IMG/VR virus record: IMGVR_UViG_3300028042_000002
Coordinates: 2,050 to 66,049 of that record
Length of the DNA stretch: 64,000 nt
Origin: a virus
Taxonomy: Duplodnaviria; Heunggongvirae; Uroviricota; Caudoviricetes
Reading direction: 5' to 3' (one strand)
Part shown: one piece after another, positions 58,656-64,000 of the stretch
Numbering within the stretch: the stretch's first letter is position 1
Layout: every line of letters begins with the position of its first letter
Translations under genes and position numbers: made by a program
Notes under the pieces: model-generated
Seen by the model: the letters and a program-made list of their open reading frames with translations, nothing else
Database searches by the model: none
What the model was told of the DNA's origin: nothing

Positions 58656-60452
58656 ATGAAATCTAATCTCACCGTCCAATCTTTAGACTATGAAGAAATT
58701 AAATATAACCTTATAGAATTTCTTAAAACTCAATCAAAATTTTCAGATTATGACTTTACTGCTAGTGGATTAGATGTAATAACATCTGAACTTGCTTACC
58801 ATGCACATTATGGTGGATTATATACACACTTTCTAGCGGGTGAAAGTTTTATTGATAGTGTAAGACTTAAATCATCTTTATATAGTAAATCAAAATTAGT
58901 AAATTATATTCCACGTTCTAAAATGGCGGCGGTGGCGGAAGTCGAAATATATGTAAATAATCTTACCGATGATGCTATTGATAATAAAATATTATTAAAA
59001 CGTGGTAATATTGCAACAGCCAGTAAAAGTATTTCACAGTTAACCAATGACAACCGCAATTTTATAATTATTGATGATTTATATATATATAATAAAAGTG
59101 TTAGGACGGGTGAATATGATTATCATAGTGACAAAGTTGAGATTTATGAAGGTCAATTCATAGAAGATAAATATCTTGTAGATAATACCATTATAAATCA
59201 ACGGTTTAACATCATTTCAAAAAGTGTTGATTATCGAACAATTAGAGTTAAAGTTTATCCAACAGAGACAGACTTAACAACTGATAATTTTAATATATTT
59301 AGATTAGCATCAGACTTTATGAATATTGACAGCACAAGTAATATATTCTTTTTAACCGTCAATGAAGATGAGAATTATGAGTTACATTTTGGAAATGGGG
59401 TATATGGTCAAGCATTAAATCATAATAATGTAATAGAAATATCATACGTTGAAAGCAATGGTGAAATTGGTAATGATGCTAAATACTTTTTCCACAATGG
59501 AAATATTCCAGCGGGTTTAACAGGTAATAATATTAATATTACTTTGACAACTATTTCAATGTCAGATGGTGGACGAGAAGCTGAAACTTTAGAAGAATTA
59601 AGGTTTAATATTCCACATCATAATAGAAGACAAAATAGAGTTGTAAAAGAGTTTGACTATAAAACAATACTATTAGAAAAGTATGAAAATATATCATCTA
59701 TTAATGTATGGGGTGGAGAAGATAATTACCCAAAAGTATATGGCAGTGTATTCATATCTATCAAGCCTAAATTTGGTAATGTATTATCATCTAAAGCTAA
59801 GGATAAAGTTAAATCATTATTAAAATTGTATAATGTTATTACCACTAATCCTATAATCGTTGATGCTGACTTTATTTACATTAACCTTGAAAATAATACT
59901 AAATATAATCCATTATTAACAAATGATAATCAAGGTGAAATCCAAAGTAAGATACAATCAATAATTGATAAATATAATGCTGAAAATGTAAGTAAATTTG
60001 AAGGTTATTATTCGGATGGTAAACTTACTTCATTAATATTAGAAAATGATAAATCAATTATTTCAACGTATAATAATATACAACTTGAAAAAAGGATTAT
60101 TCCAATTTTAACCGTGCCACAAACTCATATTATTAATTTTACAAACTCAATTAAAAATGTTCGGAGTAGTGAATTTACTTATAATGGCAAACTGTCATAC
60201 TTTTATGATGCAGATGAATTAATTTATATTAAATATTATGACGATATTACCGAAGCATGGAAATCTTTAATCCAACCTTTTGGCACTGTTGATTATGTTG
60301 CTGGTATTATAAAATTAAATGATATTAGAATTGATAGTATTAAAAATAGTGATTATATTTCATTTATGGTTATACCTATTAAACCTGATTTTTATAGTTT
60401 AAATAATAATATACTACAAATTAATAAGGTTAATTATAATGTCAACATTTAA
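58656..60452 (+). CDS. gp6: baseplate wedge subunit (T4 gp6)
   Basis: LDYEEIK.NL..FL..Q..F.DYDF..SGL, ESFIDS, YELHFGNG, QNRVV...DY, VWGGE, YGSVFISIKP; late promoter at 58614-58621. Confidence 0.95.
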   Translation: MKSNLTVQSLDYEEIKYNLIEFLKTQSKFSDYDFTASGLDVITSELAYHAHYGGLYTHFLAGESFIDSVRLKSSLYSKSKLVNYIPRSKMAAVAEVEIYVNNLTDDAIDNKILLKRGNIATASKSISQLTNDNRNFIIIDDLYIYNKSVRTGEYDYHSDKVEIYEGQFIEDKYLVDNTIINQRFNIISKSVDYRTIRVKVYPTETDLTTDNFNIFRLASDFMNIDSTSNIFFLTVNEDENYELHFGNGVYGQALNHNNVIEISYVESNGEIGNDAKYFFHNGNIPAGLTGNNINITLTTISMSDGGREAETLEELRFNIPHHNRRQNRVVKEFDYKTILLEKYENISSINVWGGEDNYPKVYGSVFISIKPKFGNVLSSKAKDKVKSLLKLYNVITTNPIIVDADFIYINLENNTKYNPLLTNDNQGEIQSKIQSIIDKYNAENVSKFEGYYSDGKLTSLILENDKSIISTYNNIQLEKRIIPILTVPQTHIINFTNSIKNVRSSEFTYNGKLSYFYDADELIYIKYYDDITEAWKSLIQPFGTVDYVAGIIKLNDIRIDSIKNSDYISFMVIPIKPDFYSLNNNILQINKVNYNVNI

Positions 60453-62154
60453 GCAGACTATTTTAAATGATGAACCTATATCATTTTGGACATTTGATTT
60501 AGATAGTCAACCCTTACATAATCATAATATTATTGATGAAATTTTAAATACTAATCCATTGGTGTCGTATGGCGATAATTATAGACTAGAATATCAATCT
60601 TTAAATGATTTAGAAACTGTTAATCAATATTCAATTATCTTTGCCGAAAATGAAAAATATAATGGAGATTGGAGTAAGGCTTATTTAGAAGCTATTCATA
60701 GTTCTGATTATGAATTTAATGATAATAATTTTACCTTAGAATTTTTATATTATAAAGATAAACCGTTAACTATTGATGATGCTGGTGAAGTTGGACAATA
60801 TCAAACTATTATTAGCCCATTGATTATTAAAGAGAATTTAATAGATTTAAAAATATCATCAAATAATGTAATGTCATTAAAATTTTTAAATAATGAATTT
60901 AATATTAATTTTACACAAAATACTAAAACTATATTATATGAGGCAATGGTTCACTGTATTATCACGTATAAAGTGGTTCAAACTGATATTAATGAATATG
61001 ATGCAATATTATCATTATATTTAAATGGTAAACTAATTGAAAAGGTTGTAAACGGCTACATTGATAATACACCAATTTTAAATGTAAATTCACCTTGGAG
61101 AATTGGGGCTAATGATGGTAATAACCCTGTAACAGATTATCAAACCGAGAAATTAGTCATTGACCAAGTTGCAATATACGATAAAGTTTTAAATGATGAA
61201 ATGGTATCAAATCATTATAAACAATTAAAAAGGTACAATGAACTTATTTTACTTGATAAACCTACTCAATATACTAGATTTAATGATAATAATGAATTGT
61301 TGAAGGTTGCTAGTGCTACAGTTGGTTATGATGGTAAATATCATGACAATTTCACACTTAATAATCCATCCACTAGTAAAATTATTGATAGTTCTTCTGC
61401 ATTTTTTAATAATGGCGGAACTTTATCTATAGTAAATCAATTTTTAACACCTTTTTTAAATATTTCAAATGATTATACAGTAGAATTTTGGTTTAAAAGT
61501 GCATCAACTGATATGGGAGTATTATTTAAATGTATTGAAGAAGAGCCACCATGGAAAGGGTTAACAATTTGGTTTAATACTAATAATAATGTTAAAGAAT
61601 TAGGTACTATTCAAATTAATGAAGATAAAAATAATCATATTGTTAGTGATAATACTATAAATTATAATGATAATATGTGGCATCATTTAGTAGTTGTACG
61701 AACTGGCAATAATCTTGATTTAATTATTGATAATATTATTCAAAATTCATCCGTATATTTACCATTATCAACAAATACTAAACCTTCACAAATTCATATG
61801 ATGGGTTCAGCTCCTGATAATAATTCAATAGATGGATTTATTAGTGAATTAGCTATCTATAATTATGCACTACAACCTTTACAAATTAACCATAGATTTA
61901 ATTATTCGACTAGATTTAAAACATTTGGATACACTTTACTAGAAGGGCAAGGTATCCAAGCTAAAGTAAGATTTTATGATACATTAACTGGTGAATTAAA
62001 GGGTGAAGTATTGTCTGATATTAATAATGGTGAATTTACATTTTATACGTATTCTAACCGCACCTTAGATATTTTATCACTAATACCAAATTCAAACACT
62101 ACTAATTATAGAGTACATGGTATGATTACACCTGCTGAATATACTCAAATTTAA
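60439..62154 (+). CDS. LamG-domain virion protein
   Basis: two modules: PISFW.FD, LYLNG, IDQVAIY; VEFWFK, WHHLVV, ISELAIY. Confidence 0.8.
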   Translation: MSTFKQTILNDEPISFWTFDLDSQPLHNHNIIDEILNTNPLVSYGDNYRLEYQSLNDLETVNQYSIIFAENEKYNGDWSKAYLEAIHSSDYEFNDNNFTLEFLYYKDKPLTIDDAGEVGQYQTIISPLIIKENLIDLKISSNNVMSLKFLNNEFNINFTQNTKTILYEAMVHCIITYKVVQTDINEYDAILSLYLNGKLIEKVVNGYIDNTPILNVNSPWRIGANDGNNPVTDYQTEKLVIDQVAIYDKVLNDEMVSNHYKQLKRYNELILLDKPTQYTRFNDNNELLKVASATVGYDGKYHDNFTLNNPSTSKIIDSSSAFFNNGGTLSIVNQFLTPFLNISNDYTVEFWFKSASTDMGVLFKCIEEEPPWKGLTIWFNTNNNVKELGTIQINEDKNNHIVSDNTINYNDNMWHHLVVVRTGNNLDLIIDNIIQNSSVYLPLSTNTKPSQIHMMGSAPDNNSIDGFISELAIYNYALQPLQINHRFNYSTRFKTFGYTLLEGQGIQAKVRFYDTLTGELKGEVLSDINNGEFTFYTYSNRTLDILSLIPNSNTTNYRVHGMITPAEYTQI

Positions 62155-62159
62155 ATAAT

Positions 62160-64000
62160 ATGACCATAATATTAGGGATTGTTAATGGTTATTCAGGTGA
62201 ACGTCTTAAAATAGATAGTAACACTAATTATAATATTGGATTGTGTGGCTTACCGTTACCAAGTTTTGATTATGATAATATTTGTAATGATATAATAATA
62301 TCAACAGGTCAATCATTAGATTTAATATTAGAAACTTTCCCACAATTTACTACTGAACGTAATATTTATTTATGTACCGAAAGTTCATCTGATTTTGATT
62401 ACACGTTAAGCATATGTGATAATAAAATATTAAATGGATACAATGGGCAGTCTTTTGCCGTTGAATTATTCCACACAAGCATAATTAATTATAATATTCC
62501 ATTATGTTACAAACCTAATGTAATTACCAAAATTGATTATAATGAGTCTTGTTTAGATTATGATATATTACCTAATGTAATTAATAATTCAACAATATTT
62601 AAATGTGATTTAGATGTACCTATAGTTTTAAACTATGACCTTATTATTTGTAAAGAATATATCAACCCTACACCATTTACAATAGTTCCCCATAACTTTT
62701 TATATAATGATTTACCTTGCCCCAAAATAACCATTAATAATTATAATGGTCAACAATTAACCGTTACATTACTAAGTGATTTATATCTTGATAATATTAA
62801 TGGATATAGTGGTAATAATACCACAGTTGAATTGTCAATTACTCGATTATTAGATATTAATAATTATAATGGTGGATATGGTTATACAGATTTAACAGTT
62901 AATTTAGCAGACCACCTTGATATTACTTTTTTTGGTGGAGAAAACCTATTAAATGCACAATTATCAACCACCAGTAATTTAGAATTAAACACTAATTTAA
63001 ATGGTTCTACGTTAGCAACCTTAGAATTATTAACATTTGAAGTTAAATTATTAGATATTCCGTTTACAACTGGTTCATATTTCAACAATTTTAATCTTAT
63101 TCCAAGTGTTTCATTTGATGTTACATTTTTAAATGGTAATAATACCATAATTGACGTTACAATTAACCCTGCTGAAACATTAGAAATTATTAATTATAAT
63201 GGCAATTATTCATCATTAGATAACATAAACACTACTGTAAATTTACCTTTATTTGGTTATACGGGCGAGCAATTAACAACAATTTTATCAACTGCTAAAT
63301 CATTACCTTTAAATTCTAATTATAATGGTCAGTTGGTTTACTCTGATTTAACTTTACCAGAGCTGGCAAGATTAGAAGATATTAATTATAGTGGTCAATT
63401 ATCAACCACATTTTTAAATGGTCAATCTAATTTATTTACACGTGGATATAGTGGTAATAATACCACAATTAGTTTAGATATTCAACCATCATCATCAATG
63501 TTTTTAGATAATTTCTTAAATGGTGACACGTTACAACCTTTCATATTAGATGAAGATTTATTTTATTTTAATAATTATAATGGTGTCTTAAGTTATGCAG
63601 AATTATCAACTGAAACTACTTTAAATGTAACATTCCTTAATTGTCAATCATCAAATATTGATAATATTTCAACGTCTGCAACCTTAGAAATTGTTAATTA
63701 TAATGGTCAACTTTCAACCATTGATGAAATATTCATTCACCTTGGAGAAGAGCTTGAGATAATTAATTATACTGCACAACATTTAACAGTTATTGATGAT
63801 ATTAAAATTCATCATGTGTTGTTACCATTGCCAATTATCGGCAGTCAAACTTTATATGATGGCAGTGGTGGATTAGGTGGGTTAAATTTTCATACTTTAG
63901 AAAATGTTGAGACTGGTACAATATTTGACGTTAGACCAAGTGATATTAAATTTTATTCTGATAGTGGAAATAAAAGATATCATAAAATTGATATAGATTT
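62160..64000 (+). CDS. large repeat-rich virion protein, partial (runs off window end)
   Basis: ATG 62160, frame appears open to the end; ~20-aa repeats centred on NYNGQ/GYSG; 25-bp exact repeat 62801-62825 / 63443-63467. Confidence 0.75.
   Translation, partial: MTIILGIVNGYSGERLKIDSNTNYNIGLCGLPLPSFDYDNICNDIIISTGQSLDLILETFPQFTTERNIYLCTESSSDFDYTLSICDNKILNGYNGQSFAVELFHTSIINYNIPLCYKPNVITKIDYNESCLDYDILPNVINNSTIFKCDLDVPIVLNYDLIICKEYINPTPFTIVPHNFLYNDLPCPKITINNYNGQQLTVTLLSDLYLDNINGYSGNNTTVELSITRLLDINNYNGGYGYTDLTVNLADHLDITFFGGENLLNAQLSTTSNLELNTNLNGSTLATLELLTFEVKLLDIPFTTGSYFNNFNLIPSVSFDVTFLNGNNTIIDVTINPAETLEIINYNGNYSSLDNINTTVNLPLFGYTGEQLTTILSTAKSLPLNSNYNGQLVYSDLTLPELARLEDINYSGQLSTTFLNGQSNLFTRGYSGNNTTISLDIQPSSSMFLDNFLNGDTLQPFILDEDLFYFNNYNGVLSYAELSTETTLNVTFLNCQSSNIDNISTSATLEIVNYNGQLSTIDEIFIHLGEELEIINYTAQHLTVIDDIKIHHVLLPLPIIGSQTLYDGSGGLGGLNFHTLENVETGTIFDVRPSDIKFYSDSGNKRYHKIDID

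Noticed and set aside
1274..63148. Shadow ORFs in the track (e.g. 1274-1498, 2784-3023, 5353-5550, 7413-7637, 8469-8711, 10710-13604 set, 16311, 16884, 18341, 18712, 19742, 22877, 23420, 30209, 30799, 31920, 32748, 33813, 36417, 36836, 38440, 41816, 47956, 51596, 62882)
   Set aside because: antisense or alternate-frame overlaps of better-supported genes, with no RBS or motifs
1..64000. Genome-wide stop-codon reassignment suggested by the in-frame TGA at 2213
   Set aside because: core genes are full length in the standard code, and TAA, TGA and TAG all terminate genes
62160..64000. Diversity-generating retroelement TR/VR pair (25-bp exact repeat)
   Set aside because: short in-frame coding repeat, no adenine-specific mismatches seen, no reverse transcriptase in the window

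Overview
Very AT-rich 64-kb segment of a T4-like myovirus (host not determinable). Recognisable T4-type core genes are gp3, gp48, gp8, gp6, gp5, gp26/gp51, gp27-like, gp29-like, gp13, gp15, a 1951-aa VrlC/DUF4815-type virion protein, gp55, gp33, gp32, gp45/44/62, RegA, RNase H, Dda and a DexA-like protein. Also present are ThyX, dUTPase, an M15 endolysin, a putative holin, two free-standing endonucleases, LamG-domain virion proteins and one tRNA(CAT). Unlike T4, the late genes are dispersed, most with their own TATAAATA late promoter, and interleaved with early-type cassettes (TGnTATAAT-type -10, AAGGTAA ribosome-binding site). The most unusual element is at 22.5-25.8 kb: a small HTH gene, a VapE/D5-like P-loop ATPase and a catalytically degenerate paralogue, all behind a late-promoter motif, next to a ~920-bp non-coding origin/pac-like locus (two IHF-consensus sites, convergent ATGTA/TACAT repeats, a long inverted repeat). 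Other highlights are a free-standing tail-sheath C-terminal-domain-like early protein, a gene flanked by 23-bp direct repeats containing the late promoter, a candidate CsrA-binding late sRNA, and two broken virion genes. All functional calls rest on motif recognition by eye; no searches were run.
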